Assembly (NCBI RefSeq): GCF_009914755.1
Contig: NC_060926.1
Reading direction: 5' to 3' (one strand)
Length of the DNA stretch: 64,000 nt
From: the human T2T-CHM13v2.0 reference genome, Homo sapiens
Shown here: positions 38,361 to 51,196 of the stretch, in pieces
Layout: each line of letters starts with the position of its first letter
How positions within the stretch are numbered: position 1 is the stretch's first letter
Position numbers and translations under genes: made by a program
Notes under the pieces: model-generated
What the model was told of the DNA's origin: nothing
Seen by the model: the letters and a program-made list of their open reading frames with translations, nothing else
Database searches by the model: none

Positions 38361-39343
38361 TCTTCAGGTTTATTCACACACACAATCACTTTCTGAGTGT
38401 TTGTTGAAACTCTTATTTTCAGAAATGGGACTTCACTGGCCTTACCTTTACATCATAGACATTTACCATAGACCTCTTTCCTGCATAGATCCCCATTTTC
38501 CCTAGTTAGGGCTGTCTGTGTACAGAGTTTTACTTTCCCTATTCTCTTTTCCCTTCTCTCTCTTTTTTTCCTCTGAGGAAGATGTTGATTCTTCTTCTTG
38601 TAGCTGGCAGAAAACACCCCTAGCAGCTTAGTGAGGAATGGGGCTTTGTCCACTTCACACTCATGTAATCACTTTGCTGAGGGTGTACATTAATATTTAG
38701 ACAGCTCAGAAACATTTTTCCTAATAAGAGCCTCCCAGAAATAGGACAGCCTCAAGACAGACATTTATTGATTTCTTTCAGAATTTTAAGCCTAGTGGAT
38801 TATCTTAATTTGATCCTTAAGAAAAAAGAAATTCAGTCTAGTGACATTGGGATCACATTTATGAAAATGGAAACATTCAAAATTAGCTGAAAATAATATA
38901 TGTATGTATTTTTTTTCTTTAAGAGAAATAAACCTGCACCCCCAAATTGGAACTTCCATTGGTGTGAATGTGACGAACCTAGGCTGACTAAATTAATTCA
39001 GAAGGAATTTGCACCTGCTTTCAACTATAGGCACTTTTCCAGCTCTGCATAGTTTAAATATAATTTGTAAGTAGTTAGCCATGTAAATAATTTAACAAAC
39101 CTGCTCATTTCTTAAGGCTTTGTTAGAGACATCTTAGGGTGATGAAAGGGGACATTTGTGGTGGGTTGTCTATTAAATGAGGAAGTAAGGCAAAGATGAA
39201 ACCACAATGCTGTATAACGACAAATTACCAAAAATTGCCCCTGTTTTAATTCAGTCATCATTTAGGGTCATAGACTTTCTACTGAAAATGGAAATTGAAA
39301 CTTAGTGATTCAGAGATCTACAAGTCCACTGTGGGTCAGACAA

Positions 39344-39566
39344 CAGTGGTGTCCTGAAGTGGGGAATGGTGGGAGTGATCTGCTTTGGGTACACGCAGTA
39401 AGGTGATGTATTAGCTGTAGAGAATTAAAAAAAATTGGTTAAAAGTTAGTCTTTTATTGGCACCATGTGAAGCCAGTTATTAACACAGAATTGATAGAAG
39501 TGATAAAATACTCCTCCCTACCAGGGTACACTGTTCCTACCCACCCCCACAACTGCAATACCACTG
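39344..39566 (+). mobile_element. MER97-family hAT-Tip100 MITE (223 bp)
   Basis: Terminal inverted repeats CAGTGGTGT / ATACCACTG; 8-bp TSD tcagacaa (39336-39343) / tcagacac (39567-39574); internal ctgtagagaatt and gtgataaaatactcctccc. Confidence 0.75.
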
Positions 39567-39874
39567 TCAGACACTGTTTCATGGCACAGGTGACCAGAAG
39601 ACCACACTTTGAGAAATACTGGCAGAGATAAAAATACTACTCCACCTCCCACTTTGGATATGAAGATACGCAGCCTAAAGAGATGAATGAAGTGACTTGT
39701 GCTCTGCCACTCACTCAGGTCCTGGCAGAGCCTGGCTGACCTGGAACCCTAGCAGTGCCATTATAGAGTAACCATTTCATCCTGATTTGAGATTGTCTCA
39801 GGAAATGCCATTTCAGGGAAAATTGAAACAGCTGGTCACTCTACCTGACTGCTCAGCCTATTAAACCCATCCTG

Positions 39875-40118
39875 AGGTCAGGACAGTAACTCATGCCTGT
39901 AATCTCAGCACTTTGGGAGGACTGCTTGAGCCTGGGAGTTTGAGACCAACCTGAGCAACCTAGTGAGACCCTGCCAACTCTACCAAAAAAAAAAAAAAAA
40001 AAAAAAAATTAGCTGGGCGTGGTGGTATGCACCTGGAGCCCCAGCTACCCCAGAGGCTGAGATGGGAGGATCGCTTGAGCTCAGGAGGTCCAGGCTGCAA
40101 TGAACTATGATTGCACCA
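39875..40118 (+). mobile_element. AluJ, partial, with an expanded middle A tract
   Basis: catgcctgtaatctcagcactttgggagg...A-run...ttagctgggcgtggtgg...ggaggatcgcttgagc; 3' truncated. Confidence 0.85.
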
Positions 40119-43100
40119 TAAGAAATGGCTTCTCTGTCTCGCCCTAAGGGTGACTTAGAGTGTTTGTGGGAAGAAGCTTCCTTGGTGACTGAGGGGTGTT
40201 GCCTGCCCCCACTGTCCCTGTGCCACATTTCATGGCTTTTTAAAAAGGTGATTAAAAGGCTCCCCATTAAGTGTGGGTTGGAGCTTCTGAGGGCAGAACT
40301 GTGTCTGTAGATAGCCAGGGTCAGTTCCTGGTGTGCTAATTCATCCTTAGCATGCCTGTGTTACTGAGACCATAAACTTTTTTGTTTTCCTTCTGCCTTC
40401 ACCCAGTGTGTGTTAAGTCTTGCTTGTTAAGCTCCCACACTTAAATGGCTGCTTGCAGAATTGCAAAGGGACTAGGGAGAGAACAAAAACAGATATGCAG
40501 GTGGTGGTTGTTAACCAGACAGGATTTCTAAGGAGGGTTCAGGCAGTCAAGTGGTTTTGTGTATGTGTTTTATGTTCATAGTTTTGAGTTTTACAATGTG
40601 TGAAGCTTACTTTTGCTAGCATTAGGTATAGTTTATTTGAAAGAATGAGGCTCCTGAAATAAACATGCCAGTAAACTATATCTTAGAGTTTAATGAGAAC
40701 AGTGCTAGGAAATTCCAGCTCCTCCCAAGGCTGCCTCGCTCAGAGGCAGGCGTTAGCTGTGGGTCTCTAAGCTTTAAACAGGCTTACCAGTGTCAATACT
40801 TGTGATGTCCCTGCCCCAGGCTGTCCACACCTGGTTAGTGTCAAGCCATCTAAGATTGGGCAGAAGGCAAGTAAACCAATTTAGGACCATGGCTTACCGC
40901 TTATTTGACTGCTGAATCCTATTTGCCTAGTGCTTTCACATCTTCTTACCTTCCCCTCTTTGCCAGAACCTACTCTGTCTTAAAAATGTCCTGGGTAAAA
41001 GGAATCTCCTCATTGGGAAGGGGATCCCTTTTACCTTTTGGCCCTGAGCCCTGGTTACCAGATGGTCTGTTGTTCTCACATTTCCCAGGGTAATAATGAA
41101 TTTGGGGCAAATCCACTTGCATATATAATAAGAGCTTTCACCTCAACTTTTGCTACACTTTCAATGTTATTTATTACATACTACTTTTTAGTTTTTTGGC
41201 ATTTAAAAACTATGTAATAGCATAAAATAAATGTTCTTTCTGTTCTCAAAGATAACGTCATGGTTTTAGGCTGTTTTTCTGATTTCTAAAAAGGAAATAA
41301 ATTTGAGTTATTTGGTTCCACAATTTAAAACAACTGTTTATTTTTTGGTAAGCTGTTTCCCCCTTTTTCAGAGTTAAAGATGAGACAAAAATACTGCATT
41401 TAAAGCAGAACCAGACCTGGGTAGCCGCTCTCTCCGTCAATCGCCATTCCACTTGCCAGCCAATAACTAATTCTTTATTCAGGGGTCAAATATAAGGAAT
41501 TTCTTTCCTTTCAGATTGTCTAAAGCTTTTCTAAATTGAATGCGCTTAGCTGCTAGAAACTTCCACCTTACTTTAAAAGCCAATCTAAGAGTCCGGCTGC
41601 TGCTCTGAATGAGAACTGCCAAAGTAAGTAAATAGTATATGATTATATATTTTGGGTGTTGAGAAGAGGTTACACTTATCTTTGCAGGTAAAGTTGAACA
41701 TAGTCTTTTTGTTTCTGAGGCCCAGTTCGAATCTGTGGAGAGAGGGAGAGATGTAGATGAGAGTGTGAGTGCAGACGCTGATTGACCCATGTGTGCACAA
41801 TGAAAGGGAGCATAGATTCCTGAGTTGGGCTTAAAATTCCATCTTGGAGAAACGCTGATTCAGTCACCATTATACCCTAGTGGGTATTAGCTCTAAACCC
41901 CAGCACTCAAACTTGCTTAGCAAATGTTCATATGGCATTGTTAGAAAAATGCTATTTTTTTCTAAAGCAGACTTTTTATTCTCCCTGTATAGCATTCATA
42001 CTGAAACACGCATAAAAGTATACCTTCTTGTACAGCTCATTGAATTATCACAGCAAAGTGAATACACCATGTGTTCATTAATCAGAACAGAGATCAAGGA
42101 TCAGAACATTACTGGTACCCCAGAAGCTTTAAAAACCGTTTGCAGTATGAAGAGGAAAGGCCTAATTTATGCAGCAAAACTCACTATTCCACTTAAGGAA
42201 TAGTAGGTTCCTTATAGAGGACGACAGAAGCTCTGGTACTTGTCATTACCAATAGAACCTTCTTTCTTTGTGTTAAGTCTGTGCTCATGCTTAGATATGT
42301 GTGTGTGTGTTTATGTACAAAATCTGATTGGTATTTGGCCATCGAATTTAATAAAGAAATTACTGAAAAAGGAATGGGAAGAGGATGTCAGAATGTGAGA
42401 AAGTAAGAGAAAGGCCATAGTCAGAACATCCATTTTCTTTTCCACCTTATTTGATTAATATACTGTTTTATAAGGATAGGCGCTAGTAAAGAGACAAAAA
42501 TACAGTATCTTTACATCTTTTTCTTTTTAAAAGATAAACAGATTAAGGATGTTAAATAGGATAGGTGTATAAGTTTGTTGACAAACTGGATCTTGTTCCT
42601 TGAATATAGATGGTCTCACTCAATTTGTCATTTGAGACAATGGAAACAAAGGTATCCGATACTTTGGATTTGAAAAAACCAGATATTTTGAACACAAAAT
42701 ATTGGTTTGTGACATTGGAATACTTTGTTTTGCAAATAATGTCTTTAAAACTTGCAGTGCTTGCATTTGAAACATTATGCTCACCTTAAAAACGTATCTT
42801 TTCATCTCAATTTTTCTTATTTAAGCTTTTTGTTCTGTCTTTGGATCTATCTTTTGTTCCTTTTATCCTTCTCTTCTTCAGGAATATCAGTTATACATAT
42901 GTTAGATTTCCTTTGTCTGCCTTTCATGTCTATCATCTTGTCTATAATCATTTTAATATTATTAGTTTTTTCCATGTGGTTTTATTAATTTTTTTCACAC
43001 CTGCCTACCATGTATCTTTTCACTCATGTTTGTTTAAGTTTTTTCTTTTGTTCTTAATGTTTCTGTAATCTTAAAAAAATTTACCCTTTTATTGTGCTGC

Positions 43101-43686
43101 TATCTCTGTTTGCATTTTTTTCAGTTTTATAATCACTTTACTAAGTCCTAGTATCTCTACAAAAAGGGCACAACAACATTCTTCCAAATTATTCATGTTT
43201 AAGATGATTGTTTTTTCAGGCTACTTTTAAATGGAAATTCTGAATTCTTTTCGGTTTTCCTAGAAATGTGATGACACAATATATAATAAATCTTAGTGCA
43301 TTATTGTGTCAGCAGTAACCGTTTGTTAGTTTCTAGGGCATTAATTTTAATTTGTGGATTAAAAAATGTTTCATTATCTAACATTAATGCTACAAAATTG
43401 TGTTTGAAATATTTAGAATATGATACCTCTTGATTTAACAGTTATTTTAAAAATTACTAATGATATGTCTATAGTCTCATTAGGAAACTCCCCATACACG
43501 AAAAAAATAAAAAAATAAAAAAACACACAGCCAGTTCTCCATTTTCACTGTTTCTTCTATCTCACTTTCTTCCCTGATGTGTCCAGTATTAGTAGTTGAT
43601 ATACATGTCCTTTTGGACCTTTTTCAATGATTTGTCTACATATGTATGTATATGGAAAGATAAAGTTTGTTTAAAACATGAATGAT

Positions 43687-43853
43687 GCCAGGTGTGGTGG
43701 CACGCACCTGTAGTCCCAGCTACTCAAGAGGCTGAGGCAGGAGGACTGTTTGAGGCTAGGAGTTGAAAGCTGCAGTGAGCTATGATTGCACCTGTGAATC
43801 TGTACTCCAGCTTGATCAACACAGCAAGATCATGTCTCTCAAAAAAACAAAAG
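43687..43853 (+). mobile_element. FAM (fossil Alu monomer)
   Basis: Monomer retaining 7SL-like gattgcacctgtgaat; TSD aaaacatgaatgat (43673-43686) / aaaatatgaatggt (43854-43867); sits within old L1M sequence. Confidence 0.75.
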
Positions 43854-46195
43854 AAAATATGAATGGTATATTCTGAGTCTTGCTCTGAAACTTATTTGTC
43901 TTTTTTCCACGTAAGGCCATGTCTTGGGGATTTTCCAATGTTGGTGAATGTAGAGCCATTTTCTTTTTAATGTGATGGCACAGCATCCCGTTATGTGGGT
44001 GTTTCCTAGTTGATTTAACGGCTTTTCCATAAATGCTATAGGAAACAATGCAGTAACTTCATTCCTATACAGACTTCTTTGCATTTAGGTGTTTTTGCAT
44101 TTAGGTGTTTTTCCCTAAACTGACATAAAGAAGTAGAATTGCTGGATCAGAGAATGTGCAGAGTTAAAATTTTGATAAATGCATTGAAAACCTTTCAAGA
44201 AAAATTATACCAATTGACATCCCTACCAACGCAGTATGAGGAAACGCATTCCTCGTGTCCTCCCAACCATGACTTATCCTGCAGCAAATAGAATGTAATT
44301 TTGGTAAACTTAATCTATAAAGAAAACAACTATTTTAACATGATGACTTTTCCAAAGAACAGAAGGTTGGGATGCTGGTTAGGAAGGAAATTTAATAATA
44401 CCATAACAAGACATTTTGCCACTCTTTCTTTAAAGAAATGGGAATGATAATCATAAAATACAGTGAGAAATTCAAGTTTATACTTTGAACTTTGCAACAT
44501 CTATTGCAAACATTTATTTAACAAACATATTTCACCCTTCCCAACTCATTGCCTTAGGGTTACTTAGCTAACAGGAATGGTGAGTGTTGTGTTATATTCC
44601 TTTACAACAAATAAAAGTCAACCATAAGTTACCTTGAACAAGAAATCAGTAATGAAGAATATCTGTCCTTGTATGGGGCTTCCTAATAATTTATTATCAG
44701 AAGAATTACCTTATGATTAAGCTATTCTGATGGTAGAAACATTTTCATTCAGCATGTAAACAAGCAACAAGTAACCAAGATTCAGCAACAACTATGAACT
44801 GAGAACTCAAAAAGACTTTAAATCTAGAACTAGGTTGTTCTTCAGTACAGTTGATTGCCTGTCCCACCCTACCTTTTAGTCATCATATTATCTCATCGTG
44901 CTTGTCTACTTGGGAAAAGTTATTTTTTTATACCAATAGGATGGCATGTATTAACATTTTTTGACTTTTATGAAAATGTTCAAATATAGAGAAAAGCTAA
45001 AAAAAAGTGCCACGAACACTCATATTCTTGCCACCAGAATTCAATGATTATTAACATTTTATCATATTTTTTCTGTAGCATGCAAAGTAAATCGCAGCTA
45101 TTATGACGCATCACCAATGAGTAGTTGAGCACGGATCTTTAAAAAGCCATCCTAGACTGTCTCTAAGAATAAAGACATTCTAGGATGGCTTTTTAAAAGT
45201 AACTTTTTGAAAAGCAATTTTATATCGTGGGATTTATTTTTTCTCATAAAAATGTACAGCTTCAAAGTGGTAGAGAACTTACTGCGTATGGATTTGGTGA
45301 AATGACAGGGTAGAATCAATGATTAAATTTAATGGATGTATAAACAATAAGGCTAGCAGTAATAGTTTAGTGAAAAAGGAGTGATTATATATAATATTTT
45401 TATTGGTATTTTATGGAAATTGTATCCAAGGGTTTGAATTGGGAAACCGTTAAGTTTACTAGAAGTAGCTAGTTTCTTAATAATATTTCTTGGTTTTAGA
45501 AAATTGATATAAAGCACATTGGCTCATAGGTCAGGCTGTTAGGCTTAGTTACAGCAGGCAAACTTTCTCAAGATTATTGGCTCCTGCCCCAGTGTGGTAG
45601 TGTTTGTGTTCTGTGGGTCGTGTTTGGTCTTGCAACATGGTGGCTTCAAGGCTTAGAATCAGACATTTGTTAATGTCGAATACAACTACCCTCTCACATG
45701 CAAGTCCGGGCTCACTGTTTTTGTTAGCTAGGTAAGCCTAAGGCACTAAGTTGGAAAAGGTTCAAATATATGACATATGTTTATGAAATAAATGATCACA
45801 ATAGATGAAGGGTTCAAAATTACAAACTAAAATAAACTTGTGTATTATTACTATTGTTTCTCTTTCTGAGGTACAGAGAAAGAGTTGCAAAAGAGGTTAG
45901 CCTATCTTCTCAAACCAGTTGTTGGACAGAACAAGGAATGGCAGCTTCCAGCCAGTACATTAATTATGCTCCTCTCTGGCATCCTCTTTTTTTTTTTTAA
46001 TCACCCTTTTATCACCTTGCTCTGTGTAATTCTTTGAGAAGGAAGCTAATAAAGAAAAAAAAATCAATGCATGCATATTGTAAAAAAGTATCAAACAATA
46101 AAATAGGGTATACCATGAAAGATAAAACTCTCTCCTCAGAGACAACCATTTGCAACTGCCTTCTGGAATATTTTCTATGCATGTTCAAGTATATA

Positions 46196-46941
46196 TGTCT
46201 TAGGGTTGTGTCTTAGGGTTCTCCAGAGAAAACCAATAGGATGGATGGATAGATAGATGATAGATAGATAAATATGTTAGATAGATTAGATAGGAGATTT
46301 ATTAGAGGAATTGGCTCACATGATCTTGGTGGCTGAGACGTCCTGCAATAGGCTGTCTGTAAGCTGGAGTCCCTGCAGCATCAGTACCTCGGCTCAGTCT
46401 AAGTGAAAAGGCCTGAGAACGTAGTAGGGACTGCTTTTGTAAGTCCTGGAGTCCCAAGGCTGGAGAGCCTGGGGTCCTGATGTCCAGAGGCGGGAGGAGA
46501 AGAGTGTGTGCTAGCTCCAGGAGAGACAGGAAATCCTTTTCCTCTGTTTTTTTTCTATCCAAGACCCCAGGCAATTGGATAGTGTCTGCCCATATTGAGG
46601 GCAGATCTTCCCCATTTAATTTGCTCAGAGTCACATACTAATCTCCTCTGGAAACACAGTCATATACATACCCCAAAATAATGCTTTACCAGTTCTCTAG
46701 GTATGCCTTAATCCAGTGAAGTTGACACCCAAAATTAACCATCACAGGTTGCTATGACAAAATACCATAGACTGGTGGCGTAAACAACAGAAATTTATTT
46801 TTCATGGTTCTGGAGACAAGCCTAAGATCAAGGCACCAGCAGATGCAGTGTCTGGTGAGGCACCTCTTCCTGGTTTGCAGAGGCTCTTTGTCTTTTTTTT
46901 TGTATACTCACATGGTAGAGTGAGGGAGGAAAGGAATGAGG

Positions 46942-46996
<55 letters not shown>

Positions 46997-47135
46997 TCAT
47001 AGGGCACTAATTCCATTCATGGTTGGTTCCACCCTTGTAATTGCTTCTCAAGGCCCTACACCCTAGTTCCATCACACTGGGGTTGTAGGCCTCAACATGC
47101 AAGTTTGGGGGGACATAAACATTCAGTCCATAGCC
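46196..47135 (-). mobile_element. MLT1A/B-type LTR interrupted by MLT2; contains (GA)n at about 46943-46993
   Basis: tgtcttag...|ggttgctatgacaaaataccatagactgg...aacagaaatttatt...acattcagtccatagc. Confidence 0.78.
46209..46746 (-). mobile_element. MLT2 (B/D-like) ERVL solo LTR with internal (GATA)n
   Basis: tagggttctccagagaa...gaattggctcacatgat...aatccagtgaagttgacacccaaaattaaccatcaca; perfect TSD ggttg (46204-46208 / 46747-46751). Confidence 0.85.
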
Positions 47136-48282
47136 ATGTGTCTCTACATTTTATTTAACACAACTATATAAGCTCATTTGCACTTTGTTTTTCACTTACT
47201 ATATCTTGAACATCTTTTTATGGAAATATTGAAAAGTCAACTTTTTTCTAGTAAATGGTTGTGCAGAATTTTTAACATTTTATATAGCATATAAAATGCA
47301 TATATTTATCATAATTTAACCACTCCCCTATCAGTGCTTCTTGAGATCATTTCCAATCATATGCTATTAAAAGCAATGTCACAGTGGCAACTTTTGTACG
47401 TCTTTCTTTCTTTCCATGTGAATTACCTTAAATTTCTATTAGTGTGAAGTGGCTGGGTCTGTTTGAATTTTGATAGATATTGGAGAATTGTCCCCTTAGG
47501 GGATTGTACGTGTTTATATATTTCTGCTCACTGAAGGAAAGTTTCTAACAGTATGATTGAACTTGCAAACGCTTGCCAATTGACTGTGTGAAAAATGGTA
47601 TTATTTTAACTTGCGCTTTTTAAAAGTGAAGTTAAGCACATTTTTATATGTTTTAAAGCCACTTGTATTTAGTTTTCCACGAATTAATGTTTTTGTCTTT
47701 TTTGGGAGTGTTTATTGTTTTATAAAGGCTTCCTATGCAAAAAGAAAGAAATATGCTCTTTTTCATGTATACTGAGAATATTTGCTTATGTGCTTTGTCT
47801 TTTGACTTCATGATATTTTTCCCTGGCTGAAGGTTTCAAGTTTTATGTAGTCTGATCATTCAGGGTTTTTTTTTTGTTTGTTTGCTTTGTTTTGTTTTTT
47901 CCTTAGAGTACTTTCTCTTGAACTAGTCAGTTTCCCCAGAGAACAGCTTTTCTCTAGCCTGCTTGATGGTTATAAGCCTGCTGCCACTGTTCTGAGAGCT
48001 GAGCAGTGAGATGAAGATTTATCTTAATCCTGTTTTGGTCACTGTACTCAGTGTCCCAAAAGCCAGGTCCTCTGTGATTCAACCTTCCCAGGAGTAAACC
48101 ACCCCTCTCTGCTGGGGCTGGGGAGAGCAGTCACCTGGTTTCGGGGACCCAATCTGGAGGTGTTCATGTTCCTTGTACAGACTTTGGACCAGTATCCTGT
48201 TCCAGCTGAACTTTACACCCTGACCTCCAGAGGTATCTGGTGCCTACAGTTGTCAAACATTTCTGGCATTCTCTAGTCTAAA

Positions 48283-48440
48283 GCCTCTCTACTCAAAGTG
48301 TGAACCATAGACCATCAGCCTCTGCCCCATCACCAGGGAGCTTGTTAGAAATGCAGCACTTCAGGCTCCACCCCAGATCTGTTGACTTGGAATCTGGGCA
48401 TCACCAGGTGATTCTCGTGCATGTGAAAGTGTAAGACATC
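48283..48440. mobile_element. MER5-type hAT-Charlie MITE
   Basis: ctactcaaagtgtg...gggagcttgttagaaatgcag...caggtgattctcgtgca. Confidence 0.7.
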
Positions 48441-49372
48441 TTTCTTTGATTTCCATCCCTGGAGACTTTTATCACTGGAGCTGGTTAGGCTTCAGCTATC
48501 TCCACTTGGCTTAATCAGTTACCCTGGCCCTTCTGTCTTGGGTGACATCTCTTATTTGTTATCATCATCATTAGTCCTTTTAGAATTTTACCCTGTTTAA
48601 TTTAATCTTTAGTGACTTAGGTCTCAAGAGGTCTTGGAGATAAAAACATTTACTTTATTTATTATGTTTAACAAAAATTCTCTCTGAATATTTCATTATG
48701 TTTTTTGTTAAATTTTTGAGCCATCTTGAATTAATTTTGGTGTGAGAGATGAGAACTTCGTTAATTTTGGTGTCAGAAATGGGAACTCCAGATTTTGTTT
48801 TCTTCCCCCAGTTGGCTGGCAAATAGTCCTAACATCATTTACTAAATAATCCATATTTTTTTCTCTGATTTGAAGTGCTACCTCGATCATATTCTAAATT
48901 TCTACCATATGATGACAATTTTAATTATTGTAACTTTATAATTTATCTTACTAGTTAGTACTAATTTCTATTCATTTTTAGAGACAGAGTTTAAAACTCT
49001 GAGTTAAAATAAATGACTTCTGTATTTCCCATTTATTTTCATCTGTATTTTTATTTATTCCATTTTATGTTTACTTGTTCAAAATGATAGGGTCATTGAC
49101 ATATTTTCATTTCTAACTAGATTTTTAAATATAGCAAGTAGATATGCATGTGTGTGTGTATATATAATGTTTAAATTACAGACTTTATTTTCTTTTTTCA
49201 CATATGACAAATTTGAAGCCATTCCTAGGAGAATCCATTTCTTTCTATCTTTTGGGAAGGGCACAATGTAAGTACTGTTAAATGCAATAGAAAGTTTAAT
49301 GCATGCTTATGGTATGGCAGGCAGGTTGAGTGTTGCGATCACTTGTGCCCAAGCCTGAGATGTTAAATACCC

Positions 49373-49681
<309 letters not shown>

Positions 49682-50898
49682 TTAATACCTTTTCTGGTCT
49701 TTACTAGCGTGCCTGTCCTAAGCAAAGGTCTTACATTTGAATTCTTCCACCACCATTTGTTAGAGCTGTGATGCTGGGTAAGCTAAAGAACCACTCTGAT
49801 CCTGTGAAATGGTGATCATTTTTTCCTTTCAAATAGTGAGGATTGGAATTAAGGCAGTAAAGTGCTTAACTGGATCCCTGGCCCATAGTAGGTAGCAGCG
49901 ACTGGGTTTTGCTTCTTTAAACTTGTGAGAGAAATGGATATGGATGAGTCTTTGAGTCCTTTAATCAGCAGGGCACTAAGTTGTTCATCTAGATATGCCA
50001 GTGGAGTAAAAGTATAGGGAGTCTTCCCCAATGTCTTTGCCTTAGCATACGTAATTGACTTTCAGTTGTCCACACAAATGGAGAGGAGAAATGGCAGAGT
50101 AAATAACAATAGATAATGTGTTAAACCTTTATATGTCTTTATATGTCTAGGAATTAATCTGACAAATACTTTTGCAGAATATAATAATAAAATTTCATAG
50201 CTGGAAGAGAACTTTGAAATTATAAAACCTCTTAATGTTAGAGATGAAAAAAACAGACCTAGAGAGTTAATGACTCATCCAAGATCATACAGTGGTGTGA
50301 TCTTAGTGGCAGAGCTAGCATCAGAAACGCATATGTTAATTCCAAGTTCCGGGTTCTTTATTTACCGTTTAAGGTTATGTTTGCTTTAAGTGCATATCTA
50401 GAGCCACTAATGTGTCTGAGAACTGGCATCTGGGACCTCAGCCTAGTGTAGGAAAAAGAACATATGAGCTTGGAGGAATAGAAATGCTTTTGAACTTCTG
50501 CTGAGTTTTTTTGAAGCCAGATATTAGGGTTTGAGCCACTAAATTTAGGGTGAAAACCTAGAACTGGGGAAAGTTATGTGAAATAGAGTAGACATATATC
50601 TAAGTCAGAATAAGAGGGAAATGTTGGAACCCTCAGACAAGCCAGAGTCTGTTGAGGACATAAATTGTGGATAGAAGTCTTGAGTAGCATGGGGAGTCCA
50701 TGTTAGAAAGATAGCCGGGAATTAGGGGCACGCTTCTATCATGGGCTAGAAGTCCAGGCTTACTGGTGCTATGTAGAGAAAGCATGCAGGAAATGAAACA
50801 TCACTCTGAAAGTTGCTGGGCACCAACCTGGGCTTGACTCGCAGAGAGGCATCTGCAGAGGATCCTTGAGGAGCTTGTGGTTTGAAAGAGGGACAGTT

Positions 50899-51196
50899 GG
50901 CCAGGCTGGCCGGGCGCAGTGGCTCACGCCTGTAATCCCAACACTTTGGGAGGCTGAGGTGGGCGGATCATGAAGTCAGGAGATCGAGACCATCCTGGCT
51001 AACATGGTGTAACCCCGTCTCAACTAAAAATACAAAAAATTTGCCAGGCGTGGTGGCTGGCACCTGTAGTCCCACCTACTCTGGAGGCTGAGGCAGGAGA
51101 ATGATGTGAACCTGGAGGCGGAGCTTGCAGTGAGCTGAGACTGTGCCACTGCACTCCAGCCTGGGCAACAGAGGGAGACTCCGTCTCAAAAAAAAA
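50899..51196 (+). mobile_element. AluY-like, with a short duplicated 5' end (ggccaggct ggccgggcg)
   Basis: gagatcgagaccatcctggctaac, ggcggagcttgcagtgagc; TSD core ggacagtt on both sides. Confidence 0.9.

Noticed and set aside
44081-44112. Short tandem duplications (16 bp here; 14 bp at about 11677; 15 bp at about 21577)
   Set aside because: Ordinary two-copy slippage duplications with no motif of note.
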